Notes: a model not told the origin generated them from the sequence alone. Shown: positions 48,170 to 59,737, counted from the first letter of the stretch. The stretch is 64,000 nucleotides of DNA from Comamonas sp. lk (GCA_945861345.1 CAMATX010000003.1:2782-66781); one strand, 5' to 3'. Numbers and translations are program-made.

Positions 48170-50464
48170 ATGCCCTCACCCAACGCGGCTGCGCAATGCA
48201 CCCTGGACATTGGCATTGGTGGCATGACCTGCGCCTCCTGTGTGGGCCGTGTGGAAAAAGCCTTGTTGCGGGTGCCGGGCGTGCAAACCGCCAGTGTCAA
48301 CCTGGCCACCGAATCGGCGCGCATCGCTGTGGCAGCGGGTACGGCCCAGGACGCCCCTATGGAGGCTTTGCTGCGCCGCGCCGTGCGCGATGCCGGCTAC
48401 GAGCCCAAAGACGCCGGTGCCGCGCTCGATGCGCCCGAACCCTCGCCTTGGGATGGCTTTGCGCCGGTGGCCTGGGGCTTTGCCCTGTCTATCCCGCTGG
48501 TCTTACCCATGCTTGGCGATTTGTTGGGCCAGCATTGGATGCTGCCCGCCGCCTGGCAATGTGCCCTGGCCACGCCGGTGCAACTGGTGCTGGGTGCCCG
48601 CTTTTACCGAGGCGCTTGGCATGCGCTGCGCGCGCGCAGTGGCAATATGGATTTGCTGGTTGCCTTGGGCACTACCGCCGGTTGGGCGCTGTCGGTGTGG
48701 CTGTGGCTAAGTGCGCCGCCCGGCGCCATGGTGCATTTGTATTTCGAAGGCTCGGCGCTGGTGATTACCTTGGTCATGTTGGGCAAATGGCTGGAGGCCC
48801 GCGCCAAGCGCCAAACCACCTCGGCCATCCGCGCGCTGCACGCCCTGCGCCCGGCGCGCGCCCATTGGATCGGCCCTGACGGCGAAGTGGATGTGCCCGT
48901 CTCGGAGCTGCTGGTGGGCGATACCGTGGCGGTCAAGGCCGGCGAGCGTTTTGCTGCCGATGGTCTGGTATCTGAGGGCAGCACGCAAGCTGATGAGTCC
49001 ATGCTGACGGGCGAGTCCTTGCCCGTGCCCAAAACAGTGGGCGCGCGCGTGCATGCGGGCAGCATCAACGGTGAGGGCCGGGTGTTGGTGCGCCTAAGCG
49101 CCGTGGGCGGGCAGACGGTTCTGGCCCACATCATCCGGCTGGTGGAAGACGCGCAGGCCGCCAAGGCGCCGATTCAGCGTCTGGTAGACCAGGTCAGCGC
49201 CGTGTTTGTGCCGGTGGTGCTGGTGCTGGCGCTGCTGACCTTGCTGGGCTGGCTGGTGGCTGGCCAGCCACCAGAGGTGGCTTTGATCCGTGCAGTGGCC
49301 GTGCTGGTGATTGCCTGCCCTTGCGCACTGGGCCTGGCTACGCCGGTGGCCATCATGGCCGGCACCGGGGTGGCGGCCAAATACGGCATCTTGATCAAAG
49401 ATGCGCAGGCCCTGGAGATTGCCCACCGCGTCAGCGTGGTGGCGTTTGACAAGACCGGCACGCTCACGCAAGGGCGCCCGCAGCTGACCGAATTCGTCTC
49501 ACTTGCACCCGCTGCGCCAACCCTGGCCTTGCCCGGTTTTGCCCAGGCCGAAGACCTGCGCATTTGCGCCAGCCTGCAAAGCGGCAGCGAGCACCCGCTG
49601 GCCCGCGCGGTGCTGGCCTACGCCAAAGCGCAGGGACAAGCCTTTGGCGCGCCACAAGACCTCATTACCGTGCCCGGCTGCGGCACCCGTGGGCGCATCG
49701 ACGGGCGCAACTTTGCGCTGGGTAGCTGGCCCTGGGCGCAGTCCTTGCAAGCGGCGCAGGACGTACGCGCTAGCGACGCCCGGCAAGCGCAGCAGATGCA
49801 GGCGGCGGGTAGCACCGTCTCGGCACTGGCCGAGCTGCGCGAGGGCCGCTGGCAACTGCGCTCCTTGATGGCGTTTCACGACGAGCCCAAGTCCGGCGCC
49901 ATCGAGGCCATTGCCAGCTTGCGTGCGCGCGGCCTGCAGGTGGTCATGCTCTCCGGCGACAACTGGGGCGCAGCGCGCGCCATGGCCACACGCCTGGGGC
50001 TCGATGCCAGCGAGGGCAGTGCGCAGGTACGCGCAGGTGTCTTGCCCGGCGACAAGGCCCAATGTGTCAAGGACTTGAAAGCGCCCTTGGTGGCCGGTAA
50101 CGCGCAGCGCACCGTGGCCATGGTGGGCGATGGGGTGAACGACGCGCCCGCACTGGCCGCCGCCGATGTCGGCATGGCCATGTCCAACCCGGACGGCGGC
50201 GGTACCGATGTCGCCATGCAGGCCGCCGGCATTACCTTGATGCGCGGGGACCCGCGCTTGGTGGCCGCCGCGCTGGAGATTTCGCGCCTGACGGTCGCCA
50301 AAATCCGGCAAAACCTGTTTTGGGCTTTTTTCTACAACGCTGCGGGCATTCCGCTGGCGGCGCTGGGCTACTTGCACCCCGTGCTGGCGGGCGCGGCCAT
50401 GGCCATGAGCTCGGTCAGCGTGATGGCCAATGCCCTGTTGCTTAAGCGCTGGAAAGGACCTTAA
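48170..50464 (+). CDS. copA: Copper-translocating P1B-type ATPase
   Basis: 764 aa with N-terminal GMTCASC, TM CPC ([11 protein letters not shown]), DKTGTLT and [10 protein letters not shown] motifs. Confidence 0.93.
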   Translation: MPSPNAAAQCTLDIGIGGMTCASCVGRVEKALLRVPGVQTASVNLATESARIAVAAGTAQDAPMEALLRRAVRDAGYEPKDAGAALDAPEPSPWDGFAPVAWGFALSIPLVLPMLGDLLGQHWMLPAAWQCALATPVQLVLGARFYRGAWHALRARSGNMDLLVALGTTAGWALSVWLWLSAPPGAMVHLYFEGSALVITLVMLGKWLEARAKRQTTSAIRALHALRPARAHWIGPDGEVDVPVSELLVGDTVAVKAGERFAADGLVSEGSTQADESMLTGESLPVPKTVGARVHAGSINGEGRVLVRLSAVGGQTVLAHIIRLVEDAQAAKAPIQRLVDQVSAVFVPVVLVLALLTLLGWLVAGQPPEVALIRAVAVLVIACPCALGLATPVAIMAGTGVAAKYGILIKDAQALEIAHRVSVVAFDKTGTLTQGRPQLTEFVSLAPAAPTLALPGFAQAEDLRICASLQSGSEHPLARAVLAYAKAQGQAFGAPQDLITVPGCGTRGRIDGRNFALGSWPWAQSLQAAQDVRASDARQAQQMQAAGSTVSALAELREGRWQLRSLMAFHDEPKSGAIEAIASLRARGLQVVMLSGDNWGAARAMATRLGLDASEGSAQVRAGVLPGDKAQCVKDLKAPLVAGNAQRTVAMVGDGVNDAPALAAADVGMAMSNPDGGGTDVAMQAAGITLMRGDPRLVAAALEISRLTVAKIRQNLFWAFFYNAAGIPLAALGYLHPVLAGAAMAMSSVSVMANALLLKRWKGP

Positions 50465-50484
50465 AGCGCTTGCGCTGCTTGTCT

Positions 50485-51609
50485 TTAGGTCTGGGTGAGA
50501 AACGGGTAATCGGTATAGCCTTTATCGCCGCCGCCGTACAAGGTGGCGCGGTCCACCGGGTTCAGGGCCGCGTCTTGGCGCAGACGCTCGGTCAGGTCCG
50601 GGTTGGCAATAAAACTACGGCCAAAGGCCACCAGATCGGCGCCGCCGTCTAGGGCGGCTTGGGCACTGGCTTTGTCCAGGCCGTTGTTGACCATCCAGGC
50701 GGCTTTGCCGCCCGCGGCGCGGTAGCTTTGGCGCAGCGCTGCGTAGTCAAAAGGTGCGTCGCCTTGCTGAAAGTCGCGCTCTGCGCCCGTAGAGCCTTCA
50801 ATGATGTGCACATAGGCCAGGCCCAAGGGGCCCAGTTGTTCGGCGACGTAGCCAAAGAGTTTTTGTGGTTCTGGATCAAACACATCATTAGCCGGGGTGA
50901 CCGGCGAGAGGCGCAGGGCGCAGCGCGCGCCGCCAATTTCCTCGCACACCGCATGCATCACTTCGCATAGCAAGCGCGCCCGCTGGGGCACGGCGCCGCC
51001 ATAGGCGTCTTCGCGCAGGTTGCTGCTGCTGCGCAGAAACTGGTCTATCAGGTAGCCATTGGCCGCGTGCACCTCTACGCCGTCAAAGCCCGCTGCGATG
51101 GCGTTGCGCGCCGCGTGGCGGTAGTCGGCCACGATGCCGGCCATCTCCTCGATGGCCAAGGCCCGTGGCGCCGAAGTGGGCACAAACTTGGGCCCGTCGG
51201 CGCCGATCAGCACGGTCTTGGTTTTGGCGGTGAGGGCCGAGGGCGCTACCGGCGCCTGCCCGCCTTCTTGCAAGTCCACATGCGATACGCGGCCCACATG
51301 CCAAAGCTGCATAAAGATGTGCCCGCCCGCTGCATGTACGCCAGCAGTCACTGGTTTCCAAGACTGCACTTGCGCCTCGCTCCAGATGCCGGGCACGTCC
51401 GAATAGCCCTGGCCTTGCTGGCTGATGGCGGTGGCTTCGCTGATGATGAGTGCCGCGCCGCTGTGCGGGTCGGCGCGCTGGGCGTAGTAGCGCGCCATGC
51501 CGGCGTGGGCCAGGGCGCCGGGGGCGCGGTTGCGTGTCAAGGGGGCCATCACCACGCGGTGGGGCAGGGTCAGGGAGCCCATGGGCAGGGCGTCAAAAAG
51601 TTGGGCCAT
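50485..51609 (-). CDS. Old Yellow Enzyme-family NADH:flavin oxidoreductase
   Basis: Starts MAQLFDALPMGSLTLPHRVVMAPLTRNRA and has ...GFDGVEVHAANGYLIDQFL. Confidence 0.9.
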   Translation of the reverse strand: MAQLFDALPMGSLTLPHRVVMAPLTRNRAPGALAHAGMARYYAQRADPHSGAALIISEATAISQQGQGYSDVPGIWSEAQVQSWKPVTAGVHAAGGHIFMQLWHVGRVSHVDLQEGGQAPVAPSALTAKTKTVLIGADGPKFVPTSAPRALAIEEMAGIVADYRHAARNAIAAGFDGVEVHAANGYLIDQFLRSSSNLREDAYGGAVPQRARLLCEVMHAVCEEIGGARCALRLSPVTPANDVFDPEPQKLFGYVAEQLGPLGLAYVHIIEGSTGAERDFQQGDAPFDYAALRQSYRAAGGKAAWMVNNGLDKASAQAALDGGADLVAFGRSFIANPDLTERLRQDAALNPVDRATLYGGGDKGYTDYPFLTQT

Positions 51610-51690
51610 AGTGCAAATCTTTCGTGGTGCATTGCGCCCGTGATGCACGGCGCACAATCGGGGGGTTCGATAGTGTTTTTAGGAGTGTAT

Positions 51691-52908
51691 GTGCAAGCAG
51701 GAGCGCGACAAGGGGTGGCCCTGGCCCTCGCCCTGGCGGTGGGTGCGGCGGTGTCTTTGGGGATCACGCGCTTTGCGTATGGCTTGCTCTTACCGGCCAT
51801 GCGTGAGGACCTGGGCTGGACCTACACCCTGGCCGGCGCCATGAACACGGCCAATGCCATGGGCTATCTGATGGGCGCCATGCTCTTTCCCTGGGGGATG
51901 CGGCGCTTTGGCCCGGCGGCTTTGTTGCGTTGGGGGGCGCTGGCGGCCACGGTGTTTATGGCCTTGTCTGGATTTTTTACCGATCCGGCGGTGCTCTTGG
52001 CGCAGCGTTTGCTGGCGGGTGTGGCCAGCGCATCGGTGTTTGTTGCCGGGGGTTTGTTGGCGGCGCGCTTGGGCGCGCGCGATCCGCAGCGCGCAGGTTG
52101 GTTGCTCGGCCTGTACTACGGCGGCACGGGCTTGGGCATCAGCATCTCGGCACTTTTGGTGCCTTGGGCTTTGCAAGAGGCCCAGGGCCAAGCGCATGGC
52201 TGGCGCTATGCCTGGTGGCTGATGGCGGCGGTGTGTTTGGCCGGCAGCCTGTTGCTGCGCTGGCCGGCGCGTGCCATGGCCGATGCGCCATTGCCTGCTA
52301 CCAGCAGCCCAGCGCATGCGGTGCCGCTGGCTTGGCGGCCGCTTTTTTTTGGGTTGGCGGGATACGGCATGTTTGGCGTGGGCTATATCGGTTACATGAC
52401 TTTTGTGGTGGCGCTCTTGCGTGCCCAGGGCAATAGCGTGGACGCGATCTCCTTGTTTTATGCGGTGCTGGGCGTCTCGGTGATGGCGTCTTCGCGGGTA
52501 TGGGCGCGCTTGCTCGACCGCGAGCAGGGCGGACGCGCCATGGCCTTGCTCAATGCCTTGCTCGGCTTTGCAACGTTGCTGCCTGCGGTGTCGGACAACT
52601 ACGCGGTTTTGATGTTGTCGGGCGTGGTTTTTGGTGGCGTGTTTTTGTCCATCGTGGCGGCCAGCACGGCCATGGTGCGCCACAACCTGCCGCAGGCCCA
52701 GTGGGCCAGTGGCATCAGCGCGTTTACGGTGGTGTTTGCTGCAGGCCAAATTGCCGGCCCGACCATGGTGGGCTGGATTGCCGACGGCGCTGGCGGTTTG
52801 GAGCGTGGCTTGTTGGTCTCTGCGTTAGCGTTATGGCTGGCTGCATTGTTGGCCTGGCGCCAGCAGCCGCTGGCGCACAGCCAAATGAAAACGCCTATGT
52901 CAACCTAG
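51691..52908 (+). CDS. MFS transporter, YbfB/YjiJ-like
   Basis: Reads GITRFAYGLLLPAMREDLGWTYTLAGAMNTANAMGYL and has about 12 TM segments. GTG at 51691 lies 5 nt after AGGAG. The track ORF start at 51067 is an antisense read-through of the OYE gene. Confidence 0.75.
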   Translation: MQAGARQGVALALALAVGAAVSLGITRFAYGLLLPAMREDLGWTYTLAGAMNTANAMGYLMGAMLFPWGMRRFGPAALLRWGALAATVFMALSGFFTDPAVLLAQRLLAGVASASVFVAGGLLAARLGARDPQRAGWLLGLYYGGTGLGISISALLVPWALQEAQGQAHGWRYAWWLMAAVCLAGSLLLRWPARAMADAPLPATSSPAHAVPLAWRPLFFGLAGYGMFGVGYIGYMTFVVALLRAQGNSVDAISLFYAVLGVSVMASSRVWARLLDREQGGRAMALLNALLGFATLLPAVSDNYAVLMLSGVVFGGVFLSIVAASTAMVRHNLPQAQWASGISAFTVVFAAGQIAGPTMVGWIADGAGGLERGLLVSALALWLAALLAWRQQPLAHSQMKTPMST

Positions 52909-54521
52909 GCGCCGCTTTGAATCATCTGCGCCGCTTTTTCGGCAATCATGATGGTGGGCGCGGTGGTGTTACCCGTGGTGAGCGTGGGCATGATGGAGGC
53001 GTCCACCACGCGCAGGCCTTGGATGCCATGCACGCGCAGCTGCGCATCGACCACGGCCATCGGGTCAGCGTCCGGGCCCATTTTGCAGGTGCTGCAGGGG
53101 TGGTATTCGGTGTCCGAGTGGTCGCGCAAAAAGCTTTCAATCTGCTGCGGGTTGTCGCGCTGAACGGGGTAGAGCATCTCGCCCCGGTAAGGGTCAAAGG
53201 CCGGGGCGTGCAAGATGTCATAGCCCATTTGCGTGCCTTTGATGAGCGTGGCCATGTCATCCGGGTGCGAGAAAAATCCCGGGTCGATCAGCGGCGCATC
53301 GCTGGCGCGCTTGCTTTGCAGGCGCACGCTGCCCCGGCTCTTGGGGCGGCACAGCGTGACGTGCAGCGTGTAGCCATGGCCCAGGTGGGCTTTGCGGTTG
53401 TGGTCGTCCACGATGCCCATGCACATGGCCAGTTGGATATCGGGCAGCGCCGCCTGCGGGTCGGTCTTCATAAAGCCTTGCGACTCGGCCACGTTGGAGG
53501 TCACCCAGCCGGTGCGCTTGTTGCGCCACTCAAAGATCGAGCGTATGACTTGCACGATGCCGCGCAAGGACACGCCCAGCGAGGCCTCCTGGCGCGCCGT
53601 GCGGTGGATCAGCACGGTGGTCACATGGTCTTGCAGGTTTTGGCCCACGCCTTGGAGCGCGTGCACAGGCACGATGCCATGCTCCTGCAAATGCGCTTGC
53701 GGGCCGATGCCCGAGAGCATCAGCAATTGCGGTGAGCCAAACGCGCCGGCGCTAAGTAGCACCTCGCGGCGCGCGCGCACCAAGACCTCTTGTCCTTCGC
53801 GCTGGTAGTGCACGCCTACCGCTTTGCGCCCTTCGAGGGCAATGCGCTGGGCGTGTGCATGCGTGATGATATGCAGGTTGCTGCGGTCTTTGATGGGTGT
53901 GATGTAGGCGCGCGCCGCGCTGCAACGCTCGCCCCCGCTTTGCATGACTTGGCTGGGGCCCACGCCCCATTGCTGGGCACCGTTGTAGTCGGGCGTGCGC
54001 GGCAGGCCGCACTGTTCGCTTGCCGTTAAGAACACCTCATTCAAGGGCCCCGGGCTGCGCAAATAACTCACTTGCAAAGGGCCGCCGGTGCCCCGGTAGC
54101 TATCGGCGCCAAAACATTGGTTGTTCTCGCTGCGTTTGAAAAAAGGCAGCACGTCCTCGTAGCTCCAGCCGGGGTTGCCCAAAGTGGCCCAGTGGTCGTA
54201 GTCGGCGCGGTTGCCACGCGTGTAGACCATGGCGTTGATCGAGGTGCTGCCACCCATGACCTTGCCGCGCGGCTGGTAGCCGCGCCGGCCTTCAAAGCCG
54301 TTTTGGGGCACCGTCTCGTAGCCCCAGTTATTGATATGCAGCGGCGCGCTGACCGCAAAGCCCATGGGCGCATGGATCAGCACCGAGCTATCGGGGCCGC
54401 CGGCTTCGAGCAGGCACACCTGTACCGCCGGGTCTTCGCTCAGGCGGCTGGCCAGCACGCAGCCGGCGGCGCCGCCGCCGATGATGACGTAGTCAAATGC
54501 TTCGGGCGTGGTGCTTGGCAT
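52905..54521 (-). CDS. GMC-family FAD oxidoreductase (choline dehydrogenase-like)
   Basis: 538 aa with the N-terminal [22 protein letters not shown] motif and both GMC signature regions. Confidence 0.9.
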   Translation of the reverse strand: MPSTTPEAFDYVIIGGGAAGCVLASRLSEDPAVQVCLLEAGGPDSSVLIHAPMGFAVSAPLHINNWGYETVPQNGFEGRRGYQPRGKVMGGSTSINAMVYTRGNRADYDHWATLGNPGWSYEDVLPFFKRSENNQCFGADSYRGTGGPLQVSYLRSPGPLNEVFLTASEQCGLPRTPDYNGAQQWGVGPSQVMQSGGERCSAARAYITPIKDRSNLHIITHAHAQRIALEGRKAVGVHYQREGQEVLVRARREVLLSAGAFGSPQLLMLSGIGPQAHLQEHGIVPVHALQGVGQNLQDHVTTVLIHRTARQEASLGVSLRGIVQVIRSIFEWRNKRTGWVTSNVAESQGFMKTDPQAALPDIQLAMCMGIVDDHNRKAHLGHGYTLHVTLCRPKSRGSVRLQSKRASDAPLIDPGFFSHPDDMATLIKGTQMGYDILHAPAFDPYRGEMLYPVQRDNPQQIESFLRDHSDTEYHPCSTCKMGPDADPMAVVDAQLRVHGIQGLRVVDASIMPTLTTGNTTAPTIMIAEKAAQMIQSGA

Positions 54522-54565
54522 AGGGGTCCTTGGTAGCGAAAGGCGCTGCGAAATAGCGGCGTGAC

Positions 54566-55330
54566 TTAGTTGCGGTAGCTGCTGTCCTGCCGGTCGAGCT
54601 TGCGCAGCAAAGCCGGCCAGGCCAGCGCGCCGCCAAAGCCGCCGCTGCCGCCGGCCTGCACGCGCACCGCAGCGCCCACGCCGTCGATGATGCGCGGATC
54701 GACCTGCACCAGTTCTCCGCCGGGCTGGGCGGTGACTTGGATTTGGCAGGCCGACTCGAAGTTGTACATCAGCAAAAACGCATCAGGAATCGAGCGCGCC
54801 ACGGTGAGTAGCCCGTGGTTGCGCAGCATCAGGTGGTTGGCGCTGCCCAGGTCGGCTTGCAGGCGCGGCTTTTCCTCGTCGCGCAGGGCGATGCCTTCGT
54901 AGTCGTGGTAGCCCAGCGAGCTGAGCACCAGCGTGGCTTGCTGGCTGATGGGCAACAGGCCACAGGCCTGGGCGCTAACGGCCACGCCTGCGCGGGTGTG
55001 GGTGTGCAGCACGCATTGCGCATCTTCGCGCACGGCATGCACGGCGCTGTGGATGACAAAGCCGGCCGGGTTCACCGGGAAGGGCGAGTCCATCAGCTTG
55101 TTGCACTGCTGGTCGACCTTGATCAGGCTGCTGGCGGTGACCTCGTCAAACAGCATGCCGTAGGGGTTGATCAGGAAATGGTGGTCGTCGCCCGGCAGGC
55201 GCGCGCTGATGTGGGTGAAGATCAGGTCGCTCCAGCCATAGGCGGCAACCAGGCGGTAGCAGGCGGCTAAGTCGACGCGCAGCTGCCACTCCTGGGCGCT
55301 AACCTGGTCTTGGACGGAAGGGATATGCAT
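54566..55330 (-). CDS. Class II aldolase/adducin-domain protein
   Basis: Reads RVDLAACYRLVAAYGW...HSAVHAVREDAQCVLHTHT. I prefer ATG at 55330. Confidence 0.85.
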   Translation of the reverse strand: MHIPSVQDQVSAQEWQLRVDLAACYRLVAAYGWSDLIFTHISARLPGDDHHFLINPYGMLFDEVTASSLIKVDQQCNKLMDSPFPVNPAGFVIHSAVHAVREDAQCVLHTHTRAGVAVSAQACGLLPISQQATLVLSSLGYHDYEGIALRDEEKPRLQADLGSANHLMLRNHGLLTVARSIPDAFLLMYNFESACQIQVTAQPGGELVQVDPRIIDGVGAAVRVQAGGSGGFGGALAWPALLRKLDRQDSSYRN

Positions 55331-55467
55331 GCAACAGCTCCAGCGCAAAAGCTAAGCACTCTAACCCAGGGCCGCTTGGAAGGCACTTAGGGTAAAGACT
55401 AGGCGCGGGCCTTGCTTTATGCTGCGCCGGTAAAATGGCCATCCTCTTCGCTTTGGACTCTTGCGCC

Positions 55468-57507
55468 ATGCTGTATCCCCAACACTTTGATGTGATCGTT
55501 GTCGGCGGCGGCCATGCCGGCACCGAAGCTGCGCTGGCGGCGGCGCGCATGGGGTGCAGCACCTTGCTGCTCACGCACAACATCGAGACCCTGGGGCAGA
55601 TGAGCTGCAACCCCTCGATCGGCGGCATTGGCAAAGGCCATTTGGTTAAAGAAGTCGACGCCCTGGGCGGCGCCATGGCGCTGGCCACCGACGAGAGTGG
55701 TATCCAGTTTCGCATCCTCAATTCCAGCAAAGGCCCGGCCGTGCGCGCCACCCGCGCCCAGGCCGACCGGGTGCTGTACAAGGCAGCGATACGCCGTATG
55801 CTGGAGAACCAGCCCCATTTGTCCTTGTTCCAGCAGGCGGTCGATGACCTTCTCGTGGAGGGCGACCGTGTCGTCGGGGCCGTTACCCAAATAGGAATTA
55901 TTTTCAAAGCCACCACGGTCGTGCTCACTGCGGGTACGTTTTTGGACGGCAAGATCCACGTCGGCATGAATAACTATGGCGCAGGCCGCGCTGGCGACCC
56001 GCCTGCAGCACGCCTGAGTGCGCGCCTGAAAGAACTGAAGCTGGCCCAAGGCCGCCTCAAGACCGGCACGCCTCCGCGCATCGACGGGCGCAGCATCGAC
56101 TTTTCCCGCTGCCAGGCGCAGCCCGGCGATGGCATGCCCGGCGGCATGGCCACGCAGATGCCGGTGTTCAGCTTCATGGGCAGGGCGGAGCAGCACCCGC
56201 AGCAAGTGCCGTGCTGGATGACGCATACCAATGCGCGCACCCACGAAATTATCCGCAGCGGCTTTGACCGCAGCCCCATGTTTACCGGCACCATCGAGGG
56301 CGTGGGCCCGCGCTATTGCCCCAGCGTGGAGGACAAGGTCAATCGCTTTGCCGACAAGGAAAGCCACCAGATTTTTCTGGAGCCCGAGGGCTTGACCACC
56401 CACGAGTACTACCCCAACGGCATCTCCACCAGCCTGCCTTTTGACATTCAGTACGCGCTGGTGCGCAGCATGGTAGGGCTGGAGAATGCGCATATTTTGC
56501 GGCCCGGCTACGCCATCGAATACGACTACTTTGATCCCCGCGCCCTGAAAAGCAACTTTGAGACGCGCCAGATTCAGGGCCTGTTTTTTGCCGGGCAGAT
56601 CAACGGCACTACTGGCTACGAAGAGGCGGCGGCCCAGGGTTTGTTTGCCGGAGTCAACGCCGCTTTGCAGGCTGGCGCCCGCACCGCGTATTCGCAAAAC
56701 AGCTGGCTGCCCGGGCGCGACCAGGCTTACCTCGGCGTGCTGGTGGACGACCTGATCACCAAGGGCGTGACCGAGCCCTACCGCATGTTTACCAGCCGCG
56801 CCGAGTTCCGGCTACAGCTGCGCGAAGACAACGCCGACGCGCGCCTGACCGGCGTTGGTCGACAACTCGGCCTGGTCGATGATGTGCGCTGGGACGCTTT
56901 TTGCCGCAAGCAAGACGCTGTTTCACGTGAAACCGAGCGCTTGCGCAGCCTGTGGGTCAGCCCGAAAAACCTGGCCACCGAGGAAGCGCAGCGCGTGTTT
57001 GGCAAAGCCCTGGAGCATGAATACAGCCTGGCCGATTTGCTGCGCCGCCCCGAAGTGGGCTACGCCGACCTGATGGGCCTGGCCGGCGGCCGCTTTTCCA
57101 ACCCCGACTTGCCGGTGCAGCCCGAGGCAGAGCAGGGCGCGGGCGCGCCCAATATGTTTGTGCCCACGGTGATCGAGCAGGTGGAAATCGCCATCAAGTA
57201 CGCTGGCTACATCGACCGGCAAATTGAGGACGTGGGCCGCGCCGCGCATTACGAAAACCTGCGCCTGCCCGAGTCGCTGGACTATATGCAGGTCTCGGCC
57301 CTGAGCATCGAGGCGCGCCAGCGCCTGAACAAACACCGGCCCGAGACCTTGGGCCAGGCCTCGCGCATGTCGGGCATCACGCCGGCGAGCATCTCGCTCT
57401 TGCTCATTCACCTGAAAAAAGGCAATTTTCGTGAGTTCGCCGGTAAGCTGGCGGCCCCGGCCCCGGCCTCGGCTCCGGTCAGCAGCGCGGCCGAGGCAGC
57501 GCAGTGA
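55468..57507 (+). CDS. mnmG: tRNA uridine 5-carboxymethylaminomethyl modification enzyme MnmG (GidA)
   Basis: Starts [29 protein letters not shown] and has conserved GidA sequence throughout. Confidence 0.95.
   Translation: MLYPQHFDVIVVGGGHAGTEAALAAARMGCSTLLLTHNIETLGQMSCNPSIGGIGKGHLVKEVDALGGAMALATDESGIQFRILNSSKGPAVRATRAQADRVLYKAAIRRMLENQPHLSLFQQAVDDLLVEGDRVVGAVTQIGIIFKATTVVLTAGTFLDGKIHVGMNNYGAGRAGDPPAARLSARLKELKLAQGRLKTGTPPRIDGRSIDFSRCQAQPGDGMPGGMATQMPVFSFMGRAEQHPQQVPCWMTHTNARTHEIIRSGFDRSPMFTGTIEGVGPRYCPSVEDKVNRFADKESHQIFLEPEGLTTHEYYPNGISTSLPFDIQYALVRSMVGLENAHILRPGYAIEYDYFDPRALKSNFETRQIQGLFFAGQINGTTGYEEAAAQGLFAGVNAALQAGARTAYSQNSWLPGRDQAYLGVLVDDLITKGVTEPYRMFTSRAEFRLQLREDNADARLTGVGRQLGLVDDVRWDAFCRKQDAVSRETERLRSLWVSPKNLATEEAQRVFGKALEHEYSLADLLRRPEVGYADLMGLAGGRFSNPDLPVQPEAEQGAGAPNMFVPTVIEQVEIAIKYAGYIDRQIEDVGRAAHYENLRLPESLDYMQVSALSIEARQRLNKHRPETLGQASRMSGITPASISLLLIHLKKGNFREFAGKLAAPAPASAPVSSAAEAAQ
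56919..56934. promoter_or_regulatory. parS site TGTTTCACGTGAAACc (15/16 to consensus), inside mnmG
   Basis: Read directly and compared with the canonical parS TGTTTCACGTGAAACA. Confidence 0.75.
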
Positions 57508-58175
57508 ACCAAAGCCTGGCCGATGGCCTGCGTGATGGCCTAGGTGATGGCTTGGCCGCGCTGGGCCTGGCGCTCAGCGCAGACCAGCAAAACGCCTTGC
57601 TGGCCTACCTGGCGCTTTTGCAAAAGTGGAACCAGGTCTACAACCTGACCGCCGTGCGCGAGCCGCATTCCATGCTCAGCCACCACCTGCTCGACAGCCT
57701 GGCCGTCGTTGCGCCCCTGCAGGCGCAGATGCAAGAGCTGGCCCCCGCCGCGCCGCTGCGTCTGCTCGATGTCGGCTCGGGCGCTGGCTTGCCCGGCGTG
57801 GTGCTGGCCATTTGCCTGCCCGATTTGCAAGTGGACTGCGTGGACACCGTGGCCAAGAAGGCCTCGTTCATCCAACAAGTGGCGCTGAGTTTGGGCCTGC
57901 CCAATCTGCGCGGCCTGCACGCGCGGGTCGAGCGCATCGAGCCGGGTTACCAACTGGTCAGTGCCCGGGCGTTTTCCTCGCTGCCGGACTTGGTGCAGGG
58001 CTCGGACGCAGCGCTCTTGCCCGGCGGCATCTGGATGGCTATGAAAGGTAAAACCCCTACCGAAGAGATGCAGGCCTTGCCGCCTTCGGTGCAGGTGTTT
58101 CACGTGGAACCGCTCACCGTTCCGGGCCTGGACGCCCAGCGCTGCATCGTCTGGATGCGCCGCGCCGACGCCTAG
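57504..58175 (+). CDS. rsmG: 16S rRNA (guanine527-N7)-methyltransferase RsmG (GidB)
   Basis: 223 aa. Its GTG overlaps the mnmG stop. It has [12 protein letters not shown] and [11 protein letters not shown] motifs. Confidence 0.9.
   Translation: MNQSLADGLRDGLGDGLAALGLALSADQQNALLAYLALLQKWNQVYNLTAVREPHSMLSHHLLDSLAVVAPLQAQMQELAPAAPLRLLDVGSGAGLPGVVLAICLPDLQVDCVDTVAKKASFIQQVALSLGLPNLRGLHARVERIEPGYQLVSARAFSSLPDLVQGSDAALLPGGIWMAMKGKTPTEEMQALPPSVQVFHVEPLTVPGLDAQRCIVWMRRADA
58096..58111. promoter_or_regulatory. parS-like site TGTTTCACGTGgAACc (14/16), inside rsmG
   Basis: Read directly. Confidence 0.6.
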
Positions 58176-58207
58176 GCGCCCCACCAAGCCGCCCGCGAAG
58201 TCGGCCC

Positions 58208-58223
58208 TGTTTCACGTGAAACA
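58208..58223. promoter_or_regulatory. parS site TGTTTCACGTGAAACA (16/16, perfect palindrome)
   Basis: Read directly in the rsmG-LysE intergenic spacer. Confidence 0.88.
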
Positions 58224-58266
58224 GACGATCACGTAAACTCGCGCTCTTGTTGCTTTGGGGTTCTTG

Positions 58267-58881
58267 ATGCTTGGCGTCACCGATTACGGTACTTTTGTGG
58301 TGACCATTTTGGTCTTTTTGCTGATTCCCGGCCCGGGCAACCTGGCCCTGGTGCTGTCCACCAGCAAGGGTGGCCTTCGCGGAGGTCTGGCTGCCACCCT
58401 GGGTGTCATTTTGGGCGACCAGGTGCTGATGTGGCTGGCCGTGGCCGGCGTGGCCGCTCTGCTGTCTAGTTACCCGGCGGCTTTTCATGTGGTGCAGTGG
58501 GCGGGCGCCGCCTACCTGGCCTGGTTGGGCGCTTATATGCTGCTGGCCAAGCCGGGCGCGGCCGCGCCCATCGAGATTCGGCCGCGCCAGTTTTTGCGCC
58601 AGGCCATGGTCATCACCTTGCTCAACCCCAAAGCCATCTTGTTTTACATGGCTTTTTTCCCACTGTTTGTGGACCCGGTGCAGCAGCAAGGCCTGCTGAC
58701 CTACGGCTTTATGGCTGCCACCATCGCGGCGCTCACCTTTTTGTATGGCTTGTCGGCCACCTTGCTGACCTATATTTTTGCCGAGCGCTTGCGCGCCAGT
58801 CCGCGCGTGGGCCATGCCCTGGAAAAGCTGGCGGGTGTTTTCCTGATCGGTTTTGGCGTCAAGCTGGTGGTCTCGCAGTAG
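58267..58881 (+). CDS. LysE/RhtB-family amino-acid exporter
   Basis: Starts MLGVTDYGTFVVTILVFLLIPGPGNLAL, the typical LysE N-terminal motif. Confidence 0.85.
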   Translation: MLGVTDYGTFVVTILVFLLIPGPGNLALVLSTSKGGLRGGLAATLGVILGDQVLMWLAVAGVAALLSSYPAAFHVVQWAGAAYLAWLGAYMLLAKPGAAAPIEIRPRQFLRQAMVITLLNPKAILFYMAFFPLFVDPVQQQGLLTYGFMAATIAALTFLYGLSATLLTYIFAERLRASPRVGHALEKLAGVFLIGFGVKLVVSQ

Positions 58882-58943
58882 CGTCTTGCGCTGCGACAGC
58901 CGGATTGCACGCCTGTTTTTATGTACTTTGGACACTGAACCCC

Positions 58944-59732
58944 ATGGCCCAGATATTTTGTATTGCCAACCAAAAAGGTGGCGTTGGCAAGACCACCACC
59001 ACCGTGAACCTGGCCGCCGGTCTGGCCTTGCAGGGCCAGCGCGTGCTGATGGTCGACCTGGACCCACAAGGCAACGCCACTATGGGTTCGGGCGTAGACA
59101 AGCGCAGCCTGGCGCTTTCGGTGTATGACGTGCTGCTCGAATCGGCCAGCATCGCCCAAGCCCGCACCCGCAGTGACAAACTCATTGCCGCTAAATGCAG
59201 CTACGACATCTTGGGCGCCAACCGCGAACTGGCCGGCGCCGAGGTCGAGATGGTCGAGCTCGAACGCCGCGAGCGCCGCCTCAAAGCTGCCCTGGCCGAG
59301 GTAGCCGGCGAATACGACTTTGTACTCATCGACTGCCCGCCCTCGCTGTCCATGCTCACGCTCAATGGCTTGTGCTGCGCCGACGGCGTCATCGTGCCCA
59401 TGCAGTGCGAGTATTTCGCCCTGGAGGGCCTGACCGATCTGGTCAACACCATCAAGCAGGTCAAGGCCAATTTAAATGACAATTTGCGAATCATTGGCTT
59501 ATTACGAGTCATGTTCGATCCGCGCATCACCCTGCAGCAGCAGGTGAGCGACCAACTCAAGGCCCACTTTGGCGACAAGGTGTTTGACAGCGTCATTCCG
59601 CGCAATGTGCGGCTGGCCGAGGCGCCCAGCTACGGCCTGCCGGGCGTGGCTTTTGATCCCTCGTCCAAAGGCGCGCAAGCCTTTGTCGGCTTTGCGCAGG
59701 AAATGATCCGGCGCATTCCCGCTGCGGGCTGA
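58944..59732 (+). CDS. parA: Chromosome partitioning ATPase ParA
   Basis: Starts [28 protein letters not shown] (deviant Walker A). The upstream part of the track ORF is an artefactual extension. Confidence 0.93.
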   Translation: MAQIFCIANQKGGVGKTTTTVNLAAGLALQGQRVLMVDLDPQGNATMGSGVDKRSLALSVYDVLLESASIAQARTRSDKLIAAKCSYDILGANRELAGAEVEMVELERRERRLKAALAEVAGEYDFVLIDCPPSLSMLTLNGLCCADGVIVPMQCEYFALEGLTDLVNTIKQVKANLNDNLRIIGLLRVMFDPRITLQQQVSDQLKAHFGDKVFDSVIPRNVRLAEAPSYGLPGVAFDPSSKGAQAFVGFAQEMIRRIPAAG

Positions 59733-59737
59733 GTACG

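Noticed and set aside
51067-51690. N-terminal 208 codons of the 613-aa track ORF leading into the YbfB-like MFS transporter.
   Set aside because: This part is antisense to the OYE oxidoreductase and is non-hydrophobic nonsense. A GTG with an AGGAG SD at 51691 begins the real transporter.
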